Positions 39,252 to 48,993 of a stretch of 64,000 bases of DNA are shown one piece after another (positions within the stretch are counted from its first letter, which is position 1; every line of letters starts with the position of its first letter). A program made the translations under genes and the position numbers. The notes beneath the pieces were generated by a model. It was not told the DNA's origin and ran no database searches. It saw only the letters and a program-made list of their open reading frames with translations. Origin of the DNA: Planctomycetota bacterium (GTDB taxonomy: Bacteria > Planctomycetota > PLA2 > JAEUHO01); NCBI GenBank assembly GCA_965222115.1, contig CBDCTJ010000007.1, forward strand, positions 1,984,001-2,048,000, given 5' to 3'.

Positions 39252-42200
39252 GTGACTCGCTGGATTCTACCCCTGGCCGGTATCGTGACGGTCGCAGCCA
39301 TTATTCTCCTTTTCGATGGCCACTCGAGTCAAAACGATGTGCCTGAGACAACCGACTTTGAGCATGTTGCAGATTCTACACGTGCGCCCGAACTTCAAGG
39401 CACACTTGTTGCGGAGCCAGACGGCTACATCTCCAGCGAGTATGTCCAGGAGACGCAAACCAAGTCGCCCATGCGGGCCAAGTTCTTTGGTTCGGTCGTG
39501 GATCGCAAGTTCACGCCGGTGGTTGGCGCCGACATCACGGCAAGAATGCGCTCGGGCGTCGTTGCGACCACAACGACAAAGGGCGACGGATCGTTTTCCT
39601 TTGAGACCGAGGTTGTTCCGGGTGGTAATCGATTTGATGTCGGCACTGTGATTGCGCAAGACGCTTCAGGCGCTACGGGGTATGCCGAGTTTGAGGCGCC
39701 CGCACCTTGGCTCGTGCCGGAGATGGAGGGAGAGCGCGGTATTGCCATCCCAACGATTCGCCTTGAAGAACACGAAGGAGTCGTGTCGATTCGTGTGACG
39801 ACGTCATGCGATGGTGGGTTACCCGCCCGCGTGTATGTGGATGCGGGTGTAGGGCAACGAAGTTCGTTCGCTGCCCATTGGACAGATGCCGAGGGTCAAC
39901 TCACCATCCGCGGACTGGCACGAGGCAGTTATCGCTTCATAGCGGCGGCGCCAGGCTGTGGACGGGCGACTGCTTCCACAGTCATCGAGGACGACGAGCA
40001 TCGTCAGATGGACTTGAACATTCCTGTAGCTCGGACGGTTGTCGTTCGCGTCGTTGAGACGGGGACCGATACACCGGTTACCGACGCGCGCATTGCTGTG
40101 AATGAATGCACGGGACAGGAAGTCGCCAGTGGGACAGCGCGTATCTTGCCACTGAGCCCAAGCGTGTACGCCGATGAACATGGTGTTGCACAGATTGAAG
40201 GACTGGGTCCAAACGACTGTTTGTGGCTGCGTGCGTCGTCGGAGTCTTCTCGCGTAACGGCGGAGGAATGGACCAAGGTCGACGCGCACGCCACCGATGT
40301 CACGTTGGAACTACCACCGAAGCGCACAATCACGTGGGCGTTGATCGATGGGGGACACGGCATGCCGCCCGATGGCTCCAACGTGTCGCTGCTCAAGAAC
40401 GACCTCTCCCCCAAACCGACCTATCCCGATTCAGGCCTTGTTGAGGGCAATACGATTACGGTGACGGGATGGCCGCCCGGTGCCATCGAGGCCCAGGCGT
40501 ATGTTCGAGGCTTTGGCGCGGCACTCTTGCGTGCCGACGACGGTAAGGATCGAGGTCACAACGCGGCATTTTATCCATTGCGCACGATTCAACTCCTGGC
40601 GAAGGAAGCCGATGGATCGCCAGCGAAGGGTGCCACGTTCTTCGTTCGCTCCATGGGGCTCGCTGGGGGGACGTCCCAATCCCAGACCGACGATCAAGGG
40701 CGTGCCAAAGTTGAGGGCCTCTTTGGTGGTCCCGGAGCCATTGCGTACTGGAATGTGAGTCGCAGTAGCCTTCGTCGATCACCGCAGGCGCCTGTACGCG
40801 ATCACGTATCGATGGAACGCGGCGACGCCTCGGTCACCTATACGTTTCCCGCCAAGCGACGTGTGGTGGTAACGCTGCGCGTGGACGGTAAGGCGCCGCC
40901 ATCCGACATTGTGGGCACCGTGAATGTGTCGGCTCTCTACGCGCCGGGCAGTGGCTCTTCATCGAGTGTGACCCAACCCATTGAGGGCAGTAGCGCGGTT
41001 GACGTAGCGTTTGCGGTAGACGAAGGCGCCACGGCGTTTGTCGTTTCTGTGAGAGCACCGGGATACCAGCAAGCCGAAGCATGCGTTGTGCCGGTAACAC
41101 CGGACCTCGTCACGTATGCCGTCGTAGATCTCGAGCCTAGATTCGAAGCCGTCGTGCATGTCGAGACGCCCGAAGACTTCATGTTTCGGATTCAATCGAT
41201 GCCCTATCCCAAAGGGAAGAGTACGCCGCCGGTGATTCCGCAACCGACGTTTTGGTCCAACCGAACGCGTCGCACAAGTCCCCGAGCGGGAACGAAACAC
41301 GTTATGCGGCTCGAGGGGTTGGTCCCGGGTCGTCACATTGCCTACGACGCGTTGTCCGGCAAGATAAGTGAGCCGTTCGTCGTCGGAGGTGGCGGGAAGC
41401 CGCCCGAGGTGTCACTCGACTTGAGCCGTGCAGGATGGATCATGGGCAGAGTGATTCCACCGCCTGGCGAGAAGCTTGGGCATACCTCGGTTGCCGTGAT
41501 TGAGCGTCAGGTTCTTGGTGCCATACCCGGATTGAGACAGCCGCAGCCCGGCGCCTTCGTGAATCCGCAGACCGGGGAGTTCAGAGTGCGCTCCGATGGC
41601 GAGCGCCCGATCACACTTACCGCGCAATCGTCAAAGTATCGTCCGCATTCAACGCACGGACGCGTCACGGTTCGTGGACCTCGTACCGGTGTAGAACTTC
41701 GACTAGCCAAGGGTTCGCGTGCGACGATCCGCTTCGATCGCGTGCTGCGAACCGTACCGTTTTATTCGAGCAATCCGAGGGGAATCGTTTTCGCTGGCGA
41801 TAACCATCGCGACGCCGCGGGCCAAACCATTGCCACCCATGTCAGCGTCGTACTCACGTTCAGTACGGGTGAAACAAGACAGATTCGAGCAGACGTTTCC
41901 AAAGACGGTCGCAGCATCTCCTTTGGTGGCTACGCTCCGGGTCGTTACTCCCTCTGGATCGACGCCGCTCCGTTCAAACCGTTAGCTCTTTCGCGCATAG
42001 AACTCACTACGTCGGACCAGGATCTGGGCACGCATTCGCTTTCAGAAGGCGCGAACGTCGCGATCGACATTCCAAGCGACGAATTCGACAAGTACAAACC
42101 CTTCATCGCCCGCGCCATATCGACGACCGCGCCCTACTACATGCGTAATGTCTCCGTATCCGACGTCCCTCGCATCTCGCTCGCGGGTCTCGGTCCCGGC

Positions 42201-42302
42201 ACGTTCCGCCTTTCGGTACACAGCAGCTCCCGCCCCGACATCGCCCTCAATGAGACGATCACCGTCAACGGCTCCGAAACCATCGAGCGCACCCTCAAAT
42301 AG
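39252..42302 (+). CDS. Membrane-anchored carboxypeptidase-regulatory-like repeat protein, paralog B2
   Basis: Colinear with B1 (SCD..LPARV, CGR..A, T.TW....GG..MPPD, GWPP, LDLS...W..GRV..P.G, GY.PGRY..W.D). Confidence 0.82.
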   Translation: MTRWILPLAGIVTVAAIILLFDGHSSQNDVPETTDFEHVADSTRAPELQGTLVAEPDGYISSEYVQETQTKSPMRAKFFGSVVDRKFTPVVGADITARMRSGVVATTTTKGDGSFSFETEVVPGGNRFDVGTVIAQDASGATGYAEFEAPAPWLVPEMEGERGIAIPTIRLEEHEGVVSIRVTTSCDGGLPARVYVDAGVGQRSSFAAHWTDAEGQLTIRGLARGSYRFIAAAPGCGRATASTVIEDDEHRQMDLNIPVARTVVVRVVETGTDTPVTDARIAVNECTGQEVASGTARILPLSPSVYADEHGVAQIEGLGPNDCLWLRASSESSRVTAEEWTKVDAHATDVTLELPPKRTITWALIDGGHGMPPDGSNVSLLKNDLSPKPTYPDSGLVEGNTITVTGWPPGAIEAQAYVRGFGAALLRADDGKDRGHNAAFYPLRTIQLLAKEADGSPAKGATFFVRSMGLAGGTSQSQTDDQGRAKVEGLFGGPGAIAYWNVSRSSLRRSPQAPVRDHVSMERGDASVTYTFPAKRRVVVTLRVDGKAPPSDIVGTVNVSALYAPGSGSSSSVTQPIEGSSAVDVAFAVDEGATAFVVSVRAPGYQQAEACVVPVTPDLVTYAVVDLEPRFEAVVHVETPEDFMFRIQSMPYPKGKSTPPVIPQPTFWSNRTRRTSPRAGTKHVMRLEGLVPGRHIAYDALSGKISEPFVVGGGGKPPEVSLDLSRAGWIMGRVIPPPGEKLGHTSVAVIERQVLGAIPGLRQPQPGAFVNPQTGEFRVRSDGERPITLTAQSSKYRPHSTHGRVTVRGPRTGVELRLAKGSRATIRFDRVLRTVPFYSSNPRGIVFAGDNHRDAAGQTIATHVSVVLTFSTGETRQIRADVSKDGRSISFGGYAPGRYSLWIDAAPFKPLALSRIELTTSDQDLGTHSLSEGANVAIDIPSDEFDKYKPFIARAISTTAPYYMRNVSVSDVPRISLAGLGPGTFRLSVHSSSRPDIALNETITVNGSETIERTLK

Positions 42303-42384
42303 CGTACGCCTGCGTGCCTGGCACAACTGTGTATGGTGGGCTGTCGAGAGTCGTCCAACGGTGTGCTACTCTCCGGATACCGAC

Positions 42385-43812
42385 ATGAACGAACGCCGAA
42401 CCGTATGCGCGCTCGCGATCGTAGCGCTACTGATCATAGGACTTGCGTGGCTATTGATGCGGGATGATGCGGTCGAGGTGCCCGAAGTCGTGACATCAGA
42501 CGTCGCGAGCGAACCCGCGGAACAACCGGTCGAGCTACTGTCCGGCGTTCCTGATGCACTTCGTAAGCAGAAGAAACCACCTGCGGAGAAGGCGCCCAAG
42601 AGTGCAAAGGAGACAACAAACGAATTGATGGGCATGTTGGGGGAGAAGCAGACCCCGCGCGTGCAGCCAGTGCCGAGCAAAGAACAACTCGACGAGATTT
42701 CGCTGTATGAGCCTGCGCCGCCCGGCGTGCTTATTGGCGCCGTGTTCGACGGCAAGGAACCGTTTTCGGACGGCGAAGCCGTTGTTTGGATGCAAGGAAA
42801 GAGTTTCGGCGCCAATGGGATTCCTGCAGGTGAGAAGCCTATTCGTGCTGTATCCCTTGGCAGCGACGGCGTGTTTCGCGTTGATGGGTTGGAGCCGGGC
42901 TACTACTACGTTGGCGTGCGTGCGCGCGGTGGGCCGCCTCGTCTTGGATTTCACAAACTTCTCGTTGGTCCGAAACCATCGCCGAAAGCGCTGTTCGTTC
43001 TCGGTACCGGTAGGCTGTTTGGAACGGTGTATGACGATCAGGGTCGTCCAGCGACCCATGTGTGGGTGCGTGCGTCTATGAGCGGAACCGCTGGGCGACT
43101 TGAGAGTACGTCGATTCAGCAGGTCCGCACCGATCGCGATGGCTCGTACTCGTTTGATCTTTTGCGTGCAGGCGGCGGTTGGCTTTCGGTTGCGTACTCC
43201 GGGAACTTCAATGACGACGCCACGACACCCTCACGGAAGTACTCGCTTCGCGTGGGACAGGAAAGACGGATCGACATCGGTACGCCACACGGCCTACGTA
43301 CGCTACGCGGGAACATCGTTACGGCGGGCGGCGTTCCCTTTCGAGGTCCGGGGAAGATCATAATTTCCGGTGGCGCGTCTCGGGGCTACGTCGTTACGCG
43401 CTATGCAGAAGATGGAACCTTTTCGCAAAAGCTCGCTCCCGGTGAATACAACCTCGCGGTGATGTTTCCCGACCCGACACGCCAACCCACGTCGGGCGGC
43501 AGATTCAACGTGAGGATTGGTGAGGAAGACGCAAGCACGACGATCACCATTCCGGGTACCCGGCTCACCGGTCGCGTCCATGATCGCGGCGGACGTGCCC
43601 CCCGCGCGACGAACGGTGTCACGTGGCGCACGCCCAAGAGTGCTTCTCTTCGCCTACGAGGATCTGCTCGTATTCGGGGCGACGGCACCTACACTATTGA
43701 CGGGCTCCCTCCCGCAACCTATCTCCTTCGTGCGCCCGGAAATGAAGTGGAAGTCGAAGTCGTCATTCGACCGGGCGATGAACGTGTAGCGCAAGACCTG
43801 GAAACACCGTAA
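42385..43812 (+). CDS. Shorter membrane-anchored carboxypeptidase-regulatory-like repeat protein
   Basis: TM after ATG 42385; DGVFRVDGLEPGYY, GTVYDDQGRPA, TDRDGSYSF, DGTYTIDGLPP. The track's upstream extension (from 42148) overlaps the previous gene. Confidence 0.8.
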   Translation: MNERRTVCALAIVALLIIGLAWLLMRDDAVEVPEVVTSDVASEPAEQPVELLSGVPDALRKQKKPPAEKAPKSAKETTNELMGMLGEKQTPRVQPVPSKEQLDEISLYEPAPPGVLIGAVFDGKEPFSDGEAVVWMQGKSFGANGIPAGEKPIRAVSLGSDGVFRVDGLEPGYYYVGVRARGGPPRLGFHKLLVGPKPSPKALFVLGTGRLFGTVYDDQGRPATHVWVRASMSGTAGRLESTSIQQVRTDRDGSYSFDLLRAGGGWLSVAYSGNFNDDATTPSRKYSLRVGQERRIDIGTPHGLRTLRGNIVTAGGVPFRGPGKIIISGGASRGYVVTRYAEDGTFSQKLAPGEYNLAVMFPDPTRQPTSGGRFNVRIGEEDASTTITIPGTRLTGRVHDRGGRAPRATNGVTWRTPKSASLRLRGSARIRGDGTYTIDGLPPATYLLRAPGNEVEVEVVIRPGDERVAQDLETP

Positions 43813-43958
43813 TCAGGCCCAACGCCCCGATAAATAGGCCTTTCGTGGGCAATTCGGGACCTGATTCTCAGGAACCCCGTGTCCCTCCCTCTCCAACCCC
43901 TTGCGCAGGGCAGGGAGGCGGAGATAGTGGGGGCGTCACTCTCGGACGAGGATTTCTA

Positions 43959-44984
43959 ATGAATCTCAAGAAGCTGGTTGGCGCCTCGGCGCTCGCGCTC
44001 CTCATGGGCGCAGGAATTGTGTATGCGAAGGCAGAGGTGGGGGACGAAGCCACCGATGTCACCGCAGGCGACTTCATCAACATTGAACCCACTACGATGT
44101 TGGGCTTGAAGGGCCGCGTCATCTTTTTCGAGCTCTTCGGTACCACCTGAGGTCCGTGCGTTGCCCAGGTTGGGCATCTCAACAAGCTTCAGGAAGAATA
44201 CGACGCCAAGGGCTTTACCGTGATCGCAGGATCGGGTGAACCCAAGGAGAAGATAGAAGCCTTCGTCGCAAAGCACGACGCGAAGTATCCGATCTTTTGC
44301 AGTACGAAGGTCAACGACTATAGCGGGACCGGCATACCCCGCGTCGCGTTGATTAGCGCCGATGGGAAAGTTCTTTTCGTTGGTAGTCCGAGCGGTGTCA
44401 GTAACAGCATGATCGAAAGGGCGCTCAAAGACGTCAGCAAGCCCAATCGCATCAGCACTTGGGCCTTCACCATCAATAAGGCGCTCCCCGACGTTCCGGA
44501 AAAGATGAGTGCCGTGGTTAAGGATCTCGCCAAGAAGAAGTTTGGCGCGGCGCTCAAGCGTGCCGAGGGCATCGCCCCTAAGCTCGAAGGTGACGACAAA
44601 GCCAACGGTGATACGGTTGTTGAGTGGATTCGAAAGCGCGCCACCGACAATATGGATCAAGCCGCCACACTTGTTTCGGAAGGCAAGATTTTCGCTGCCC
44701 ACAATCTCTACGAGACGATTGAAGATGAGTTCAAGGGCCACGCATTGAGCAAAGAAGCGAAGGCCGCGTGCAAGGAACTCTTGTCCGACAAGGCCAACAA
44801 GCTTGAGGTCAAGGCGGGCGAGAAGTTTGAAGCACTTAAAGCCGAGGCTCGCAAGGAACGCACCGCCGAAAAGAAGATCGATGTTCTAAAGGCCATGCTT
44901 TCCAAGAAGTATGCCGAGACGGAAGCGGGCAAAGCCGCCGCCAAGCTCATCGAGAAGATCAAGGCAGGACCGAAGAAGAAGTAG
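43959..44984 (+). CDS. Predicted exported TlpA/redoxin-family selenoprotein (UxxC; Sec codon 44148-44150) with a Lys-rich helical C-terminal domain
   Basis: Track ORFs ending 44150 and starting 44220 are in frame: LKGRVIFFELFGTT-U-GPCVAQVGHLNKLQEEY...GIPRVALISADGKV. This is the canonical TlpA pattern with Sec in place of the first Cys. Signal peptide present. Confidence 0.9.
44162..44176 (+). promoter_or_regulatory. Candidate bacterial SECIS element
   Basis: Perfect stem tgccca/tgggca with a GGU loop, starting 11 nt after the UGA (same spacing as the E. coli fdhF minimal SECIS). Confidence 0.78.
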
Positions 44985-45033
44985 TGTATCGAGCCCATGC
45001 GCGACGCTCGCGTCGCAACCGTCCATAAGAAGA

Positions 45034-45064
45034 CGGGGCCGACGAAAAACGTCGGCCCCGCTTT
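45034..45064. terminator. Probable bidirectional intrinsic terminator
   Basis: 11-bp perfect stem cggggccgacg/cgtcggccccg with an A5 loop between convergent genes; second hairpin gcgacgc/gcgtcgc at 45001-45016. Confidence 0.75.
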
Positions 45065-45096
45065 GGGTTTTGAGGATGGGTTGCTACGCGCGGCCG

Positions 45097-46932
45097 CTAG
45101 ACACCTCGGAGTATCTTGATTTTGGTCCCTTTGAGGACCTTAGTGCCTGCCGCGGTGAACTGCTTCTTGATCTTGAAGCCGCCAAAGCCCAAGAGTTGCC
45201 ACTTGAGGCCCTTGGCGAGCAAGGCTTGCTTGGCTGCCGCCACAGTCATGCCTTTGACATTGGGCACCTTGACTTTGATCAGTTGACCCGGGATCAAGAC
45301 GAGCTTGAACTTGTAGGTCATCTTGACGGTCTTGCCGATTTTGAGCATGGTGCCAGGCGCGGGGCTCTGCGTCTTGACGACCTTCACACCCACACCGTTC
45401 GCGGGACCGAAGAACTGTGTCTTGAAGCCGGCAGCGACAAGCTTGTTCTTTGCCTTTGTGGTCGACAGACCAATCACGTTGGGCACCTTCTTTGTTAGGG
45501 GCAGGATGATCATCTTGAACTTATAGGTCATCTTGACGGTCTTGCCGACCGCAAGCATGGTTCCAGGCGCAGGACTTTGAGTCTTCACGACCTTCACGCC
45601 GACACCATTGGCGGGCCCAAAGAACTTCGTCTTGAAACCAGCGGCAATCATGATGTTCTTGGCCTTGCTCGTGCTCTTGCCAATGACATTCGGCACGGGC
45701 TTCTTGAGCTGCAAGATCAACGGCTTGTTCTTGTAGACAACCTTGACGTTGGATCCCTTAGCTAGGTAGGTACCCGCCGTGGGAAGCTGCGAAATGACCT
45801 GCGTGGTGAACATTGGCGAGGGCGCGGGACCACTCAAGACGGGCTTGAGCGACGCGGCCTGAACCTTCTGCTTTGCGGTGATCTTCTTGAGGCCGATCAC
45901 ATTCGGCATCTTCGCGACGTACGGAAGATAGAACGTGATGCGTGTTCCGGGATTGACGAGCGATCCAGGGGCACGACTCTGCTTGAAGATTCGCTTGATG
46001 TCGCGATTGGGACCAAGCGCCTTACGCTTCTTGTAAAGCAGGCCACGGGCAAGCAACGCCAAGCGCGCTTCATTGGGCTTCATGCCACTCAGATTGGGAA
46101 CTTTGGACTTAGCCATGGACGGGGGCTTGACCGCAACAATGATTGTTACATCGCTACCGTAGCCAACAATCGAACCCGAAGCGGGCGACTGCGAGAACAC
46201 GCGCCCCTTGGGCCAGTTCGAGATTTTGCGAACGATGCTCACGCCAAAGCCAAAGGCTTCCAAGTGCGACGCCGCCGCAGCTTCCGACAAACCGCGCACG
46301 TAGGGGACTCGTGCTTGCGTGGGAATCTCAATCGGCTTGGCGATCTCAATGCGCACTTCGGTGCCAAGCGGAAGTTCGGTGTTGGGCGCCTGATCCTGGG
46401 CGATCACAGTGTTGGGTGTGCGATCGGCTGCCGAAACGAGGAAAAAACGTGGCGTGAAACCAAGTTCAACCAACGCGAGCTCAGCATCGGCCATGGAACG
46501 ACCCAAGAGATCGGGCATGACCGCCATGGCCAAGTCGCCTTCGTCTCCAGGCAGTTCCGGATCAGGAAATTGATCTTCGCCGCCCGGTACGGGGGCTCCG
46601 CCATCCGGTGCACCGGCATGTTCAATCACTCGCAAGACTACCTTTGAGCCGCGCAGTATCTCGCTGCCACTCTTGGGATCTTGACCAATGACCGTACCGG
46701 GCGCTGCCACGTCATCATTGACGTGAACGATCTCGGCTTCGAGTTCTCGCTCGCTGAGGAGGGTGAGCGCGTCGGCTTCACTCTTCCCAATGAGCCCGGG
46801 GACTTCGGTGGTGTTGTCTTCACTCGCGTGAACGGGGTGAATCACCAGGGTTAGTAAACACAGTGCTGCGAGTGTCGATGTAACGGACTTTCGCAGCGCG
46901 AAGGATCGAGTCGGGGTATTGAGGCGGGACAT
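45097..46932 (-). CDS. Secreted protein composed of eight PASTA domains
   Basis: Signal peptide (VHA|SE) and eight (V/M)P.(V/L).G....A...L...G.....V..Q.P..G repeats. Confidence 0.88.
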   Translation of the reverse strand: MSRLNTPTRSFALRKSVTSTLAALCLLTLVIHPVHASEDNTTEVPGLIGKSEADALTLLSERELEAEIVHVNDDVAAPGTVIGQDPKSGSEILRGSKVVLRVIEHAGAPDGGAPVPGGEDQFPDPELPGDEGDLAMAVMPDLLGRSMADAELALVELGFTPRFFLVSAADRTPNTVIAQDQAPNTELPLGTEVRIEIAKPIEIPTQARVPYVRGLSEAAAASHLEAFGFGVSIVRKISNWPKGRVFSQSPASGSIVGYGSDVTIIVAVKPPSMAKSKVPNLSGMKPNEARLALLARGLLYKKRKALGPNRDIKRIFKQSRAPGSLVNPGTRITFYLPYVAKMPNVIGLKKITAKQKVQAASLKPVLSGPAPSPMFTTQVISQLPTAGTYLAKGSNVKVVYKNKPLILQLKKPVPNVIGKSTSKAKNIMIAAGFKTKFFGPANGVGVKVVKTQSPAPGTMLAVGKTVKMTYKFKMIILPLTKKVPNVIGLSTTKAKNKLVAAGFKTQFFGPANGVGVKVVKTQSPAPGTMLKIGKTVKMTYKFKLVLIPGQLIKVKVPNVKGMTVAAAKQALLAKGLKWQLLGFGGFKIKKQFTAAGTKVLKGTKIKILRGV

Positions 46933-47114
46933 GGCCGGTGCTCCTTGAGGGTGGGTTCCGGGATTGGCCCTAGGAATCGCAAGGAGTGTGCCGAACTCGC
47001 GCGGGCTCGTCGTAAATATCTGTAAAATAAATGGTTACGAATATTTGGCGCGCTCTAATGTGGCGTCCGTTGTCTCTGGGAGAGACGGCCTGAGTCCCCA
47101 GAAGGCGACCGTGC

Positions 47115-48821
47115 CTATTCGATGTAGCGGCGCGAATCGAGGGCGTCGAGCAGGAAGGAGACTTCGCTACGCATGGTGGGGTCGAGCTTGGCCGCGTAGG
47201 TCTCAAACGCCTTCGTAAAGTCCGTTTCAACTTCACGCTTAGGCGCTTCGGTCCACGAGTCGTGGGCAGTACGCCATGATTGGAAGCGAGATTCGACCCA
47301 GGCCTTTGATCGCGGCTCATGATGGGTGGCGGCAAACTCAATCAAGCTGGCGAGCGGTGCCCAGTTGCCCTTTGCAAGCAACGCCTCCAACGCGTGCTTT
47401 CGCACGTGTGCAACCGGCGACGTACGCACCAGGCGTCGAAGGTGTGAGGCCGAGACCATGTGTGGGTGCTCTCGAATGACGTCAAGTGCTGTGTGACTTA
47501 CACGCCCCGACTCATCAGAGAGTGCTTCCAGAAACACATGGCTTGAGTCAAGTGGTTTGAGTGCTCCGATGCCCGTAATTGCACTGGCGCGCACACGTGA
47601 CCGCGGATCCCTTACGTGCTCAAGTATGAAGGACGCATCGCTACCGGTCCCCACTTCACGGAGTCCATCGAGGGCCGCCGCAAGGGTGCGCGCGCTATCC
47701 GCCTTGATGGCCGCATCGCGATAGAGCGTGGCGAGATCGTTGTCGCTTCGATCGAGTAGTTCTCGTTGGCAGTAGCCTCGGATCCGTGGCGAAGCGTCAA
47801 TCAGTAGTCGACTGAGGGAACGGATGGCAGCATCGTCACTTGCATGAGCTGTACGGTAGCCCAATGCAACGAGTCGGTTGCTCTCGCACGGGTCCGTTTC
47901 CAATGCATCAAGGACGTGATCTCGCTCCTTGAGCGTGAGGGACGAGGTTAGCGCCTCAATGAGGTAGCGGCGAACACGCGCTTCCGATCGATGAAGGGCA
48001 GTATGCAAGAGTTGATCGCGGTCCTCGGCTTGCGGGCTAAGGCGGATGGTCAATGCCTGCATGGCCACGTGCGGTGGTGCAGATTCGATATGATGCCGCA
48101 TGGCGTTGCTTCGCGGTTCACGCGCCAGTCGGGCTGTTGCCTCGAGATAGAGGTCTTCGTGTGCATGTCTCTTTGCACCGCGTAAGCGCAAGAGAGAAGG
48201 AAACGCCAAGGCCCAGTCTTCAATACACGCGTGCGCGAGCATGTCGTCAATGGAATCTCGCGCGATATCGCGCACGTTATCGACCCAATCATTGAGTCGC
48301 AAGAGCGTACAGCCTAGTGCGTGACGACTTCGCTCGTCGTGCGCCGCCTTTGCGATACCTCGCAGGCCGTGCTCACGTATCCAGCCACTTGGATGCATCG
48401 CAGCCAAGACGTTGAGCGTGGGCTTCGGAAGTCCAAGCACGTCGAGATCTTCGATGGCCTTGGCATCGTGCCACGTGGAAGCGAACGGGCCGGTCTCACG
48501 CATCTTGCCGTCGAGATCAACAACGAACGCCGGATCAAGCGCTTCAAGCGTCTTGGCAATGAACCCAGGATCAACCTTGCGCGCGAAACGCATGGGGCGC
48601 GTGACGTAGGTCCACAAGGTATGGATCGCGTCCTTGCCCACCGGGATCGGTGTTGAGGAGACCTTTGGGATTTCCGTTTTGACCGGGGGCGGTAGTGGAG
48701 GTTGGACTACCGGCGTAGACGGCTCGACCGAAACGGGGGGCGCGGATGACGGATCGCTCCTACGCTCGACCGGTTTGGGCCGAAACAGCGAAACGAACCA
48801 CCGGTACATGCGCCGAAACAT
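47115..48821 (-). CDS. HEAT-repeat protein
   Basis: SGWIREHGL..LLRLNDWV..VR, D....RVR..A repeats, Pro-rich N-terminal linker. Confidence 0.75.
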   Translation of the reverse strand: MFRRMYRWFVSLFRPKPVERRSDPSSAPPVSVEPSTPVVQPPLPPPVKTEIPKVSSTPIPVGKDAIHTLWTYVTRPMRFARKVDPGFIAKTLEALDPAFVVDLDGKMRETGPFASTWHDAKAIEDLDVLGLPKPTLNVLAAMHPSGWIREHGLRGIAKAAHDERSRHALGCTLLRLNDWVDNVRDIARDSIDDMLAHACIEDWALAFPSLLRLRGAKRHAHEDLYLEATARLAREPRSNAMRHHIESAPPHVAMQALTIRLSPQAEDRDQLLHTALHRSEARVRRYLIEALTSSLTLKERDHVLDALETDPCESNRLVALGYRTAHASDDAAIRSLSRLLIDASPRIRGYCQRELLDRSDNDLATLYRDAAIKADSARTLAAALDGLREVGTGSDASFILEHVRDPRSRVRASAITGIGALKPLDSSHVFLEALSDESGRVSHTALDVIREHPHMVSASHLRRLVRTSPVAHVRKHALEALLAKGNWAPLASLIEFAATHHEPRSKAWVESRFQSWRTAHDSWTEAPKREVETDFTKAFETYAAKLDPTMRSEVSFLLDALDSRRYIE

Positions 48822-48993
48822 CTCGAAGTTTTTATCGACTAGCTAGCCCAAGAGATAGCGCGTGGTCTCCGGTTTCAATTACGAACAAAATACGTACGAT
48901 AGGCCTCCCGGTGCGGCGCGGCATCCCTTGAGTCCTCCAATGCTCGCGATCACCATCTCTCGCGGGGCCCCAACCACGTCCGGAGCCAACTCG

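Noticed and set aside
24943-44150. The two in-frame TGAs as pseudogene-causing nonsense mutations or genetic code 4/25
   Set aside because: Both fall at redox-Cys positions with SECIS-like hairpins and no other lesions, and other genes here (coaD, oppB, oppC) use TGA as a normal stop.
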